From the NCBI RefSeq assembly GCF_009834535.1, contig NC_045697.1:84384001-84448000 (forward strand): a stretch of 64,000 bases of DNA. Direction: 5' to 3'. The stretch is from Camelus ferus (Eukaryota). The notes beneath the pieces were generated by a model that was not told where the DNA came from, ran no database searches, and saw only the letters and a list, made by a program, of their open reading frames with translations. The position numbers and the translations under genes are program-made. Of this stretch, positions 41,495 through 53,269 are shown piece by piece (position 1 is the stretch's first letter; every line of letters starts with the position of its first letter).

Positions 41495-43916
41495 TCCCAA
41501 ACACATGACCCGGAACATCAACTAATTCACTACAGCTTTGCAGTGTCAAATAAAAAGTCTATCATAGAAAAACTACATAGGAGTGTAAAACTTCTGTTTC
41601 TGGACTTTGACCCAAGCAGTCATAAAAAGCTGTCCTCACTTACTATCTCCTATTTCCAGTATATGCCAAATATTCTCAAGCTTTTGCCTAGTACAAAACA
41701 AAAGCAACAAAGTCAATCATATTACCCCTATAATACTAAATGATCTAAAACATTGCCCATAATCACAAAGCTGATTAGAAACTAATGAAAGGGAAATTAT
41801 TCTACTAAGATGTCAAGAATAACAACAGATGTTAAAGTGGCATTAGCAAGAGAAAGGCTTCATCTCTGAATGCTTGAGCATTAAAGCCCTTAATGAATAC
41901 AGCATCTCAAGCCTGAAGGACTGAAAAATTTTCTACAATGGCAAGGGTGGGAGTTTTCCATAGGTTGTAGTTTCTAGCCTCAAATTGATTTATATGCCAG
42001 TTGCTTATGCAATGAATTGTTCAACTGACACTCAAATTTACTTAAACAGGTTGTGATTGCTAAAAAGCACCTATTTTTGTGCTTCACACTATAGCTTTTA
42101 GGTAGGTGCTTAGCTCTGTCTTTGAAGGTAATTTTGGAAACAATGTGCAAACAATGTAACATAGTGGTAATAATTGCTTTAAGGCCAATCAAAATTCACA
42201 GGTGTTTAAATGAAAGTTTAGGAATGCCAGAACTTTCCTTCCATTCAATGACTACTATTGAGTGCATATGATTCAGTCTGGAGATAGGGATAGAGAAGCG
42301 TGCATGAATATTAAACAATAATTAAATCAAATAATGTAGAAATAGTTCAATCAATGAGCCTGTTTATAGGCACAGATGGCCAGTCTAAGTGAATTCAAAT
42401 TTATTTTAAATCTTAAAACATGCCAAATGCCTCTACACAAATATTGTTTCATGGGCTTCCTGAATCACATGCAGTATTCATTTTACACATACAAAATATA
42501 ACAAAAGAGAAAAAAGCAAAGTAATGCCAGTTTCTTGTTAAAAACAAAACAAAACAAAACTCAGCTGTAAAGCTAAAGTGTCTGCAATAAGTTTACCACA
42601 ATCATGTGAATCACACTGGGTTTAGCAGTCTTGCGTTTTTATAATCAACTAATGTCCAATTTCTCATTCTTATTTTAAGTCTCCAATTAATGCCACCAAA
42701 TACAAGCTCAAACTGCAATATTGTTTCTTGAAAAAAACCTCTGGCTGCACACAAGCCTTAGATTATATTCTTCATACTGACAACTTTCATTGCTTTATAC
42801 CTTCTAAAATTGAGGGCCTGCACAACTCTTGAATATCTTACACTTTCGTTTTCCAACTTGTACGCAACATAAACTCTTCAGACACACACATATATATCAT
42901 AGAAAGCATTCGGCCTATTGTCAACATCAACTATAACATAAAAACCCTAAGTGAAGAAAAAGCCTTTAATGGAGTCTCAGCTGATCTAAATTTTACACTA
43001 AGCAGTGTAATTTTGAGAATTGGGATTTTAATCCTATTCTACTTGGAAGAAAAAATAATGTGAAAAGAAATGTAACTTAACTATTTCAATTTACTTTCAG
43101 AAAAAAGTTACATTTAAAGTTTTGGCAGGCTCTGAAAGTGAAATGTTTTTATGTGAGTTAAAAACTACCGCCGATCTCAAATTTATGTCTTCAAAGGGAG
43201 AGGGGAGAAAAAAAGAAAAAGGACATTTATCCTAATTTTATTTTAAAACAAATAATTTTGTTCTTTCTTAATAATCTGCCTAAGGAACATCCCCACACTT
43301 AAAAAAATCAGCCTAGTTCCCCTGCCCACTCCCCATTCTATACGCTATAATTCAATAAGGGCAGAAGGGTGGAATTGTGAAAGAGTGAAAGGAAACTGGG
43401 GACAGATGGCCTCGGAGGAGGTAACCTCTAAAAAACTGTTGGTCCCCAGCGATCGATAATTCCAGACTTAAGATGGTCTTACTGCCTCCCTATAAACTCG
43501 CTGAAAAGTACCCTTTGAAAAGAAACCACTTTCCATTCAGGGTTTATCCTCTGGTGGCTCCAGATTTAGTATTTTAACGGAAGGCGAAAGCGGGGAAGAG
43601 GATTTTAAAAGGAAGGCGTAATAATTAAACAGAAGAGAGAAGATTTGTCCCGAACCCATCGTCTCGGCTAACCCTCCCCCTGAAAATGATCAAATCAACA
43701 CCAACTCTGAACGCTCGATAGGAGAAACAGGGTTAAAGAGTCCTATGTAAGACTTCAAAGCAATACATCCGCAAGAGGAAAGGAAAACAAAAATATCATT
43801 GAGTCTATTTTCAATGAAGCATTGCCCCGTCGGTGTGACGCGGGCGCTACCATCCAGCACCCGGCCCCCACCGCACCCCTGGGGAAAGTGGGAAAGGGGG
43901 ATGCTGAAGGAAGTAC

Positions 43917-43942
43917 CTTGTCTTGTCTCCAAAAGGCAACAT
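43917..43942 (-). CDS. PDE5A: PDE5A alternative first exon, coding part of isoform PDE5A2 (MLPFGDKT-R), 26 nt, phase 2
   Basis: Minus strand reads ATG TTG CCT TTT GGA GAC AAG ACA AG|GTACTT, matching the known PDE5A2 N-terminus MLPFGDKTR. Same phase as the A1 exon, so it splices in frame to exon 2. Confidence 0.93.
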
Positions 43943-44802
43943 AGCAAAGGTGGGAAGTTCGTAGTGTAGACCATGCGGCCTCGGCGGCCCCTAGACTCCA
44001 GGAGGTGCCCGGGGGCGACGACGCGCCCAGGTGAGGCCGGCGACTCGAAGCCGGTTCCTCTACCGCCCCCGCCGTAGCGCCACCGCCCGCTGCTGCCCAC
44101 TTGCCCCGCGCTGCGCCGCCCCCTGGCGGGGAGCGCCCGGCTGAGCCGCAGCCGCGCGCCGGCGGGTGGGAGCCCAGCTCCGAGCCCCGGCCGGCTCCTC
44201 CACCATCACCTCCCCGCGTGCGTCTCCCTCCCCGGCCGAGGCGGCCAGCGCCAACTACCCGAAGGCTGCTGCCGGGGGCCGGCGACGGCGAGGTTCCGGC
44301 CCTTTCTCCAAAGGCGTGCGTCCGGGAGTCAGCCCGAGTCCACGCGCAGCAGCCTTGCCCTCGCCCCGGCTTCGCACCAACTCCTCAGGCTAGTAAGCAC
44401 CCGTCCGCCACTCACTCTCCACCCCACCCTCCTACTCCCTCGGCTTCAGTCTCAATTCTTCTCCAACTCTCCCGCGAGCGTTTCCCACGCGCGCTCCGAC
44501 TGCCCCCTGCGCCGCCGCCTCCCAAAGGACAGGCTCCCTCCTCCCCGCCCTCTGCAACGGCCGCCCCGGCGCTTGGCTCCGGATCAGGAGGAGCTGGCCT
44601 CTGGGGTCGCCTCGGGCCACGCGGGTCCTGACACCTCTCGGGGTCTGCTCCCCGCCAAGCCTCCCCGGTGTCCTTTGTGTGCGCGCCGCAAACCCCTCCG
44701 CGTAGCCTGTACCGCGGCGCCGCCTTGCGCGCAAAAGCGAAGGAAAGGAGGAGCGCGGGACAATCAGGGGACTGCAGGGGGGCAAAAGGCGACAGCACTC
44801 AC

Positions 44803-44880
44803 TCTGGGAAGGTTCCGGCATGTTGCTGCCATTGGGCTTCCCCGTGGTCTCGCCCCTACCCGGGCTTCCCCGCCCCGCCA
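44803..44880 (-). other. PDE5A: Candidate PDE5A3-type alternative first exon (5' boundary unknown; main ORF would start at the exon 2 Met)
   Basis: Near-consensus donor CCCAGA|GTGAGT at 44802. It lies between the A1 and A2 exons, the A1-A3-A2 order known for human PDE5A. The two ATGs nearest the donor are out of frame with PDE5A. Confidence 0.55.
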
Positions 44881-45365
44881 GGGCCGGGGCAAAAGGGGAC
44901 GGGGGGAGGAGCGCAGCCGCAGGGACCGCGTTGGAAATGGTGCTTCCGGAGCTGCAGGGAAGGGGCTCAAAAACTGTTTTGGTTTCGCTAAGAAGATTTA
45001 GGGAAACCAGGATGCTAGAGAAGGGCCAGAGGAAGGCCCGTGAACGCGGACATATGAAAATAATCTTACTCCCAGACAATATCAGGACTGCCGGAGTGGG
45101 GGTGGGGGGGGCGGCACGTACATACTTGTATTTGAACTTTGTGACCAGGTTGGATCGTATCCGACTCTCGGGTTTTTGGACTGTACTCGCCTAAAAGTAG
45201 AGGTCTCTACACCGTAACAGGATCAAGGACCTACTTCAAAAGCAAAGGGCCTGAGAGCCGAGGCTGTTTAATGGTTAACGAAAGGGAAAAATCAATAGGG
45301 TAGGGAGACCAGCCCCAAGTCACGCTCCATGCCCCGGCCGGGTCTTCTGTGGGTCCTCTTCTTAC

Positions 45366-45487
45366 CTGGTGGCTTTCCTAACAAAGTAAGAAGAGGTAAA
45401 GTCCCAGTGATCGTCCAGCCATGCTTCTACCGAGTCCCGGTCCCACTGCTGCTGCGGGCGCGCGGAGCCGGGGCCGGCCGGCTCCAT
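45366..45487 (-). CDS. PDE5A: PDE5A first coding exon of isoform PDE5A1 ([41 protein letters not shown]), 122 nt, phase 2
   Basis: ATG at 45487-45485 in strong Kozak context (ATCATGG). The peptide matches the known PDE5A1 N-terminus ([18 protein letters not shown]). Donor AG|GTAAG at 45365; AG plus the first base A of exon 2 restores R-E-M in frame. Confidence 0.97.
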
Positions 45488-48400
45488 GATCAGCGCGGCG
45501 CGTCTCTGCTGCTCGCTGGTGCTGGTTTTCCACCCCAGCTGGGGTCCCTCCCTCGGAGGAGCGGCACTCTGCCTGGAGACCCTCCCCCTTCGCCTTAGCT
45601 GCAGTCCGGCCGGCTTTCGGCGAAGCTGCTCCGGCACAGGGCCAGCCTCCTGCCGCGCCCCGCCTCTCCCGGTCTTCACCGCTCCCAGGTGTGGCGGGCG
45701 GGGCAGGGTGCAGCAGCTCCGCGCCTTCCCTGGGATCTGGCTCTCGCAGTCTCCAGATTCCGAGGCGGCCACGGCGGCTACTGGCGAGCTCTCCGGAAGC
45801 CAAGTGGCCAGGGCTAGAAGGTGGCCACGCGGCCGCTGGGGTGCGCTGTGTGCCAAGCCGGCTCCAGACGAGCGCGCAAAGGTGACTGTGGGTGTGTTCG
45901 CTGAGCGTCCCACTCTAGGAAAGGGAAGGTCGCGCAGTGGAGACCCATCCCAAGCCCAGAAAGCGGTAGCTAGGGAAAGTTCGCCCGAAAGCGAGAGATG
46001 GTGCTAGCCTGGGCGCTCTTCCTCGAGCTTAGGAGAACAATGACCGTCCCGCCTAGCTTTCCGCCAGCCCAGCGCGTCGGTCTGGGAGGAGCCGGGACCG
46101 ATCTTTCCCGGAGCCCAGCCATCGCGGTGGCTCAAAGCGCCCCAGCCAACGACCGCGCCCGGCTAAGGAGAGTTGGGGCGTGTGTCACCAAAACAAATTA
46201 GCGGGTCCTGGTGGTTAACTTCCAACAAAGCCATTCTCGTGCTTAATGTTAATAATAATAATAACAATAATTATAAATTAAGTGCCTTTGCATCAAGGGC
46301 TTAATTTGCATAAACTCCTTTTCATGAGTGGAAAAAGATTTTCTGGAAGAAGGAAAAGATAAATTGAAACAGTAATCATGGATGGTTTGTGTATGAAGTC
46401 AGAAAACAAGGGTGTCTCCATACAATTAGGTTAACTTGAGAGTAGGGTACAGTGCAGAGCAGCCAGTTAGCCCAATTTTAAATTAATTCGTCATTTATGT
46501 TGAACCGAAATTAATACACACAACCACGAAAAAAGTATCCGTTTAAAACGGCTCAGCCTTCCTATCCTTTGTCCTATCCCTATCATACTTTACAAAAAAG
46601 AATTAGTGTCTTCCTTTGCTTTATCCTCATCCTTATTTCTCTGTACGGCATTTGTAGTTTTAATATGGTATTTTGCAATGACCTAATTTTTTGGGCAGAA
46701 TTAAATCTGGAGCTGTGTGTTTCACAACGTGTGAACGACACCATTTGCAGTGATACACCAAAAGTGATTTAGCTAACATACTTTTAACAAACTCCTTTCA
46801 AAATATTCTTGGCAAGAATGTAAGACATTACTCACTACATAGAAACACATAATTCAATAGATCATATGAGAACTTAAAAAAATGTCTTCCAACCCCCCAA
46901 TGCAATGGTTTACACTTCCTGCATTGAATAATTGTCTTTTTGTAACTTAAGTTTCTCTGAAACTTTACTGTTGTACATAAGTAGCCACAAATCAATAAAA
47001 AAAAAAAAACAAGCGAAGGAGCAGAGTATGAAGTAATGCATGATAAATTATATGAGATTTTAAAATAAGAGTTCTCTTCTAATATGTTCTATCATAGTGA
47101 TTACAGCACTCATGAATGAGAGACTCATTCTCCTCAGTGCTCAGTTTTTCCCTGTGGAAATCCATGCATTTCTCCCTTCAGGAAGGCAATTATAATTTAA
47201 AACTCTACTTTCCTACTAAAGATGGAGTGAATTTTTGGCTTGGATTGCTTGCTTTGATTGGCTACCTTGATTATAACAGGCACTATTGAAATGTTCATTT
47301 TCTCTCCTAACCTGAAAGGATTAAATTATCAAAAACTAGGAAGGCTCTGGAAAAATTTGTGTAAGAAAAGCAATCCATGGTGTCTCCCATCAGTGAGTCT
47401 CAATTCTGTGTAGTGTAGATGGGGTTGAGGGTTACTGTGAAGGCTTGTTACCTGAGGCAAGCAGACCACAGGGGATGGGGGATGAGGCATTTCAAACTTT
47501 TCTAGTCTCCAGGAAACTCAGATAAAACAATACCTCTTGTAACTTTGAAGTACTTAAAAGTTAAGCATATTTTGAACTGACCTTACCCTGACCTCTTGTT
47601 CCTCAGCTCCATTTTATTCTTTAACGCAATCTGCTCCATTATTTTATGTATGTTTTAACTTATTGGTATGGATTGCTCTAAGCATCTAAGCTCTAAACAT
47701 CTAAGCATGCTGTTTTAGAGTAAGTTGAAGAGTGAGTAAATAATAAACATTACCGGGAAATAACTTGGAAAATGATGTTAATGCTACTTCAAACAATTTA
47801 ACAAAAAGCCTTCCAACATATTTCCATTGTACTAGAATAAAACCCAAACTCTCTAACATGGCTTACAAGGTTCTGCATGATTTTTACCTACCTCTACTGC
47901 TAAAGGTTTTGATCATATAACTAGAAAAACAAACAAAACCATGGATGATCAAATTTCTTTTCTAAAAAAGAACACAAACTATAAAAGCCAAGATATCTCC
48001 AATACTTTGTCTTGTTCTTTTTTAAAAAAAATACCACATAGTATCTTCTATTCCTTTGCAGCAAACCTGTATATCCCAGGCTTGAGAAAATTGAGTAAAT
48101 GTCTTTGCACATATAATAGAATCTAGGTTTCTCATTGTCGAAAGGGAAGGCTAGAAGGTACATTGTGGTGTTGAAATGGAATTGGAGGTTAAAAATTAAG
48201 TGTGTGTGTGTGCGTGCGCGTGTGCATGCATCAGGTGAGGAAATCGCACATGACAAGGAAATGCAGGCAGTTACTAAGAGCTGTGGCAGCCTCCAGCTGA
48301 CAGCTTACAAGGAGTTCCATCCAGCAAGAAAATGAATTCCTCAGTCTGGAATGGAATTTTGCCTACAACTGGAGTGAGCACAGAGGCAGGTATTTCCCCA

Positions 48401-48639
48401 GTCAAGCCTCAGATGAGACCACAATTCCAGCCAAGAAGCTGACTGCAGCCCTGTGAGATGCTAAGCAGAAGACACCTTCATAACCGACATCTTAATAATG
48501 TTGAGTCCTAGAATCTATTAACATAGTATATTTATCCATTTATTCTGATCTTGTAAAATTTCTCCCAGCAATGTCATAGTTTTTAGTGCATGTCTTGCAT
48601 GTATTTTGTTAAATTTATCTCAGTATATATTTCAGCTCT

Positions 48640-49488
48640 GTCACTGAGAGATACTAGAAGCAATGACATTGATTTGGCAATGAGTAAACTTAATACGAAG
48701 ATTTTGGTTTCTAAATACCACTCTTTACTTTAAAAGAAAGCAGGAGTCTTTGGAGAAAAATTCTAGCTCTGTGACAGGTAATGTACAAAATGTGCCTGGA
48801 AAATCTTGTCAGAAAACAAGAAGGGCTTAAAAATGATGCCAACATATCAGAAGAACAGAGGACATATCTGAAAGGGGCTTCCAATGGACAAATCTGGAGC
48901 CGTTGGAATATCAAAATATATACTGACAGTAACAAATTATAAACCATTGGCCAAAATAAGAAACCCTGATTCCATACTGAAATAAATAAGTAACTAGATA
49001 AGCAAATAAATAGAAGAGAAAGGAATGTTCCTTACAGTAGAATACCAACTAATAAATATAATAGGAATCATGTAATTAGAAAATCATTAATGGTTGCTAA
49101 AGCTAATTAGTGAGAGTTTGATGATGGGTGGAGTATTTATATAGCTTAAAGTATCTCCTCACAAGTTTCTTATTAGTTACTATGAGAAAATAGTATCTTT
49201 AAAAAAGAGACCTTGTGGATATCTCTAATCAAGTGATCAACTTAGTGTCACTTATATTGGGACAAACCAACAGTAGATACCTTTTAATAGAATATACTGG
49301 GAAGGATATGACATTACTTTTGTGTCATTAACTGCCAAAAATATGAATCTAATCATGAGGATTAGATTAAGGGATTTCCACCAAAAACACCCAGACTGAG
49401 GGACATTCTTCAAAATAACTGGCCTGTATGCTTCAAAGCCTGTATGCTTCAAAGATTGCAAGGTTAAGGAAGGCAAAGACTGAGGAGC
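48640..49488 (+). mobile_element. L1MC-like 3'UTR fragment
   Basis: Aligns by eye with 23210-24790 (ctaaatacca...; agaat(g/a)ccaactaata...; ggcctgta). Confidence 0.7.
49422..49454 (+). repeat. Perfect 16-bp tandem duplication
   Basis: GCCTGTATGCTTCAAA x2. Confidence 0.95.
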
Positions 49489-50580
49489 TGTATATTAGTT
49501 ATATATTGCTATGCAACCATATTACCACAATATCAGTGGCTTAAAGCAACATACATTCATTGTCTCCCAGTTTCAGAATCAGAAGTCTAGGCTGCTTGAG
49601 CTGGGCCCTCTGCTCAGGGGTGTCTCATAAGGCAATCAAGGTATCAACCAGAGTTGCAGTCTCATCTGAGACTCAAGTGGAGAAGGATGCCCTTCCAAGC
49701 TTATTCAGGCTGTTGGCAGAATTCAGTGTCTTATGATTGCAGAACTGAGAAATTCTTTTTCTTGCTGGGTGCTGGCTGAAGGCCTTTACAGCTTATTGGT
49801 TGGAGGCCCCTCTCTGCTTTTCAAAGCCACTTTCAGTGCCTTGCCATATGGAGCTCCAAAATGGCCAGTTGCTTCCTCAAAGCCAGCAAGGGAGACAGCC
49901 TCCAGCAAGATGGGCAGTATAATATTATAATAACATAACCAATCACATACACATAGTCACATATATACATACATACCTTTGCCATATTCTGTTTGTTGGA
50001 AGTGTAGACCAAAAAAAAAAAAAAAAAAAAAAGTTGCCTGCCAGTTCAGTAGGCAATGAACGTTGCCCACCATCAAGCCATTAGCCACTGCAGCCACTCC
50101 AGCCACTCCAGCGGTGTTCTCTGAGGGGAATTCTGGATGGAGAAAAACAGGATACTGGCTCTAAATAGTTAAGATGCATATCAAAGGAATAACTTCTATG
50201 AGCCCAGACTCTTACATCTTCTCATACAAAGAAAGGCACTAAAATCACTAACTTGAGATGTCTGCTTTTTGTGATTAGCAGTAATCTTTTGATATTTGAC
50301 TACATGGGTTATTTTTTTCCAGCAAAAACTCCTATATGCCCTGGTACCTCCTTTATCTCTTAGGAATAGTTCCTCAGAGCTATCTGAGAGGCTGTATCCT
50401 GGGCTATTGTCCTCAGTAAAGCCACCAAATAAAACATAATTCTCAACTTTTGGGTTGTACATTTTTTTCAGTCGACAGAAGCAAGTCAAATTTTTGCTCT
50501 CATACACGAGGAGGGGATCATACCAGGGTGTGAATACGGGGATGAGGGATCCTGGAGGCCCCCTCAGGAATCCATCTACA
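49489..50580 (-). mobile_element. MLT1-type MaLR LTR interrupted by the ERV1 LTR
   Basis: Begins tgtatattagttatatattgct...agtggcttaaagcaac (reverse MLT1 3' end) and resumes after the insertion with gaagcaagtca...ggaggggatcataccagggtgtgaatac. Confidence 0.75.
50003..50477 (+). mobile_element. ERV1-class solo LTR (475 bp) nested in a MaLR LTR
   Basis: TGTAGAC...GTCGACA termini, 4-bp TSD GAAG (49999-50002 and 50478-50481), AATAAA at 50428-50433. Confidence 0.88.
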
Positions 50581-51099
50581 ATAACACTGTGTAATAAACC
50601 ACAGTGACTGGGACATAGCATGTGTTCTGCAGATATTTGTTGGGTCAATTTAAAAAGAAACATGGGCTTTTTCTTAGAGTACTTTGGCAGTACTTTTCCT
50701 TATTAGATGTAAATAGGACAGCAATTGATCTTTGAGGAAGGGTTATTTCTTTTAGTGGTCTTTGGAAGTCTTATCATGGTTAATAAGATCACCTTTTACT
50801 CTTCGCAGCACTAGGTTTCTGTGAAAGAGCAATTTTCTGAGGACAGTGTTGTAGTAGGTGTTTCATGTTGTTGCACAGTAGGGATCAGGCTAATATTTTA
50901 GCTGCGTTAATTTAAATCATATCATAATTCTCAATTTCAAAGACAGAGCCAATCTATGAATAATAAAACTGTGTCATCGTGCAATAATTTCAAACAGTAC
51001 ACAGTATTTTCCTCCCCAAATCAAACATAGGGTTTTTCTACCCAAGTCTCTTGAAGCAGCCAAGAATTCAGTTTGATATACGAAGGCTGATCCATGTGG

Positions 51100-51375
51100 A
51101 AAGACATGATGCAGAGAATTGCGAGCAGCTGTTCTTCTTATCAAGGAAGGTCACACATGGAGGAAATGGACTTACATGAAAACAGGAGGGATTTTGGACA
51201 GATACTAGACACATTTGCCTGACAGAGGGATGCAATACAGATGGATTCATGATGAAAAACAATAGCGGAATTTTTCCCTAGAGACTTTTACAAATGAGGT
51301 GGACAACCATCTGTTGATAATGCTTTGAAGTCCTGCCTCAGAGCAGATCAACCTCAGGAACTCTTGAGGTTCCTC
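51100..51375 (+). mobile_element. CR1/L3-like 3' remnant
   Basis: ccctagagacttttacaaatgaggtggacaaccatctg...tcctgcctcagagcag...cttgaggttcct. Confidence 0.45.
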
Positions 51376-52574
51376 ACTGTCCTTTCACCTGCATATGGAG
51401 ATCATGTTAAACAGAGGGATGATCTTGTTTTCATTGATAAATAATAACCACTCACAGAAACATGAAATAACTTAAAACACCCATATCCAGAACAAATCTA
51501 TACTCTTCATCCACTTTCCTATTAAAGAAAAGATTCCATTCTCTAGAGAAAATACCCTGTGCTAGTCAGAATGACTAAAAATAAAATAATTAGTTTAGAA
51601 AGAAATAGCAAGGAGTGAAACACTGACACACTTAACTAAAAACCAGTTTAAAAGTAGGTCATTTAAAATACTCTTTAAAGGTTAAAGGAACAAAAATGTG
51701 TCTTTTTAAAAGAAAATCGAGAGAAACAGGTTTGTTGATATTGATTCCAACCTAGAGAATCATTTGTCTTTCCTCTATAAGTTATAGGTGTAAATGTTTT
51801 AGTTGATGCTCAGAGTCTCATTTTAAAAATCTCAGATGGCTGCACAGACACTACTGTGAAGCCTGCCTCCTTCCAAATATGTAAGGAAAGGTGTGATTTA
51901 ATTATCATGCCAGAGGAAAAACAGAACCTCATGACTGGAGATAACATTCATCTTTTAGGAGCAGCTTTTGGATAAACTTCTTTGAATCAATTCTTTGAAA
52001 AGAAAAGTCAACATTTTACAATTTAATAAAATTAATTAAAACTCATACAAGATTCTCAAATTAGGGATACTATAAGGTGTGCAAAATTTTCACTCAACTT
52101 TGATTCATGCCTTGAAAATACTACATTTTTAAATAAACAAAAGCTAGATGGACATCTAAATGAAGCTAGAAGTTTATTCTTTATAGAAATAGTCACAGTG
52201 ACTCAGTTTTTCCATTCCATTTTTATAGGGAAATTAACAACATATTGAAAGGAGATAACGTGCAGCCATTCCAATCTGGAAGTTCCAGCTATGCTTACAG
52301 AAAATGTTGTCTTTAAATAACAGCACTTCCAAGAAAAGCAATCAGTAAATCAATAAAAAGAAGGAACTATCCCACAGAACAGGCCTCATTTCCTTTAGTT
52401 CATCTGTTTTCATTCTTCCCTGTCTATGAAATCACTGAGATAGTGCATACATTAGAAGTATCATGTAAGCTATTCTAGCATAAGTGTAGTCCTATAAAAT
52501 TTCTCTCATATTAGGTCTGAGAATCTGAAAAAACATTTCAATAATGTCTTAAAAAGTCTAGAATTGATTAATGC

Positions 52575-52880
52575 AAGTGATTTCCTCTTTGCAATAGTTA
52601 CACTGGAAGGTCCTATGTTTTTATAAACTGTGTTGCCATTGCTCAGAACATTTTGGGAAATTCTTCTTTGAATGCCTTCAGAGTCTGCATTAGACTTTCT
52701 GCATTTCTTCAGTAGTGACAATATTTCAGTTTGCTTACTTTATGGTGAGAGTGAATTTGGGTTTTTGTATATTTTAAACAGACAGAAGTTACTTCACCTA
52801 TGGTCTGGTGGGAAATACAAATTTTTTTCAGGTAAAATGAGAAACGATCATAAAGCAATGGGACTGATTTTTGTAGTCTA
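52575..52880 (+). mobile_element. MARNA-like mariner relic
   Basis: tgttgccattgctcagaacattttgggaaattcttctttgaatgccttcagag. Confidence 0.62.
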
Positions 52881-52899
52881 GATTGGAAGTTTATATTAT

Positions 52900-53060
52900 C
52901 CTGTTTCCAGCTGTGTGACTGCCCAATGCCTCAGTTTCCTCATCTGTAACAGGAGTAACAATGGCCCATATATACTTCTTCTGACTGTTAAGTGATATAA
53001 TAAATGTTATAGTAGCAATTAGAGTGCCCAGCACACAGTTAGAACTCAATAGTTCTTACC
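52900..53060 (+). mobile_element. MIR SINE fragment
   Basis: agctgtgtgact...gcctcagtttcctcatctgtaa...agtgcccagcacacag. Confidence 0.7.
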
Positions 53061-53269
53061 TGGAGAATAACTATATGAAGGGATTTCTAGTCCTTTCCTT
53101 TCTACCAAACTCCTTTCTCCATCTATTCAAATCCAGCACATCATTCAAAACTGACTCCAAATCCATTCTCTGAAATCACATTTTTCAGTGTAACTAACTC
53201 ATTTTGTAATTTTCTGTTTCCAACCCATCATGGAGTTCTGAAGATTGACCTTACATCATGACTCTTAAA

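Larger units (their letters stand above)
43800..46200. promoter_or_regulatory. CpG island and multi-promoter region of PDE5A, with several GC boxes (Sp/KLF)
   Basis: Sharp rise in GC and CpG density against AT-rich flanks. GC boxes at 45657-45666, 45696-45704 and 44868-44879. Spans all first exons. Confidence 0.93.

Noticed and set aside
44060..46201. Many overlapping 60-215 aa ORFs on both strands
   Set aside because: Pro/Gly/Arg/Ala-rich by-products of CpG-island composition; only the PDE5A exon parts resemble a known protein.
50196..50663. 155-aa ORF
   Set aside because: Runs antisense across MLT1 and ERV1 LTR sequence; not gag/pol/env-like.
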